A stretch of 63,786 nucleotides of DNA, counting the filler, from Octopus bimaculoides (lineage: Eukaryota): the NCBI RefSeq assembly GCF_001194135.2. It is 4 parts of 4 records of this genome, joined end to end, with 100 filler letters (N's around TTAATTAATTAA, not from the genome) between each part and the next. Parts side by side here need not be neighbours in the genome. Positions count along the whole stretch, not along the records: positions 61,897 to 63,786 come from NC_069002.1; 3 more parts are not named here. One strand, 5' to 3'. The notes under the pieces were generated by a model that saw only the letters and a program-made list of their open reading frames with translations, was not told the DNA's origin and made no database searches. The position numbers were made by a program, and so were the translations under genes. The first letter of the stretch is position 1. Each line of letters starts with the position of its first letter. Positions 63,331 through 63,786 of the stretch are shown here, piece by piece.

Positions 63331-63786
63331 TTTCTTTATTAGCCACAAGGGCCGACAAAAATAAGATTGGACATTACAAAACATGAAGGAGAAAGTGAGT
63401 TTACATAAAGTGTCGTGTAAAAAAGTCAATAACAATGAAAAATTTAACAAAGAAAATTCCTAGAAGAGGCAAGCAACACTGGGCTACACATGGAGACCCC
63501 ACGAAAAATCCACAAGCACCACGACCACTAGGGCAACAGCCCTCTCTCCATCTTTCTCTTTCTCTCAGCCTTGGAAACTTAAAAGCGCATACTCAAACTA
63601 GGCCCGTTGACTCGGACCATCTTCGCTACATTCACCCCCACCTTTTAACAAAATTACTGGAAGTCAGCACTTCTCTCTCAACCCTCACTTTCCATTTCAG
63701 ATGGTATCTGAAAAAATTGATGAGGGGTAGGCGAAAGAGAAAAGTATTTGTCTTCAGCCCTTTCAGTCTAGACCACCACACAACCT
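63331..63786 (-). mobile_element. L1/Tx1-like LINE 3' end, truncated by the window edge
   Basis: Minus frame VVWWSRLKGLKTNTFLFRLPLINFFRYHLKWKVRVEREVLTSSNFVKRW, then a frameshift, then VNVAKMVRVNGPSLSMRF*; the 3' UTR ends CCCTTGTGGCTAATAAAGAAA. Confidence 0.75.

Overview
AT-rich, microsatellite-dense eukaryotic DNA from a draft assembly with many N gaps. It is most likely a cephalopod (octopus-like) genome; this is inferred from the tRNA-derived SINE families, TTAGGG repeats and overall composition. I found no host protein-coding gene that I can support: the long ORFs in the track are gap or microsatellite artefacts, or transposon relics. The window is dominated by mobile DNA: (1) three tRNA-derived SINE families, here labelled A, B and C; (2) 3' relics of three LINE types (Dong/R4-like with a restriction-like endonuclease, L1/Tx1-like, CR1/L2-like) plus an RTE-like repeat; (3) a mariner transposase relic, several MITEs (hAT-, Merlin-, piggyBac- and Tc1/mariner-like) and a probable non-autonomous Helitron with internal 353-bp tandem repeats. 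The most notable observations are a near-complete type I hammerhead ribozyme core (10668-10725) inside a 37-bp perfect inverted repeat, a U6 snRNA retrocopy fused to a SINE/LINE 3' tail, two apparent SINE-LINE 3'-tail partnerships, stacked insertions in (TAA)n tracts, and a CpG-depleted domain (~19.6-49.6 kb) that suggests a methylated gene body. All of this was read by eye; repeat boundaries are approximate unless termini or TSDs are quoted.
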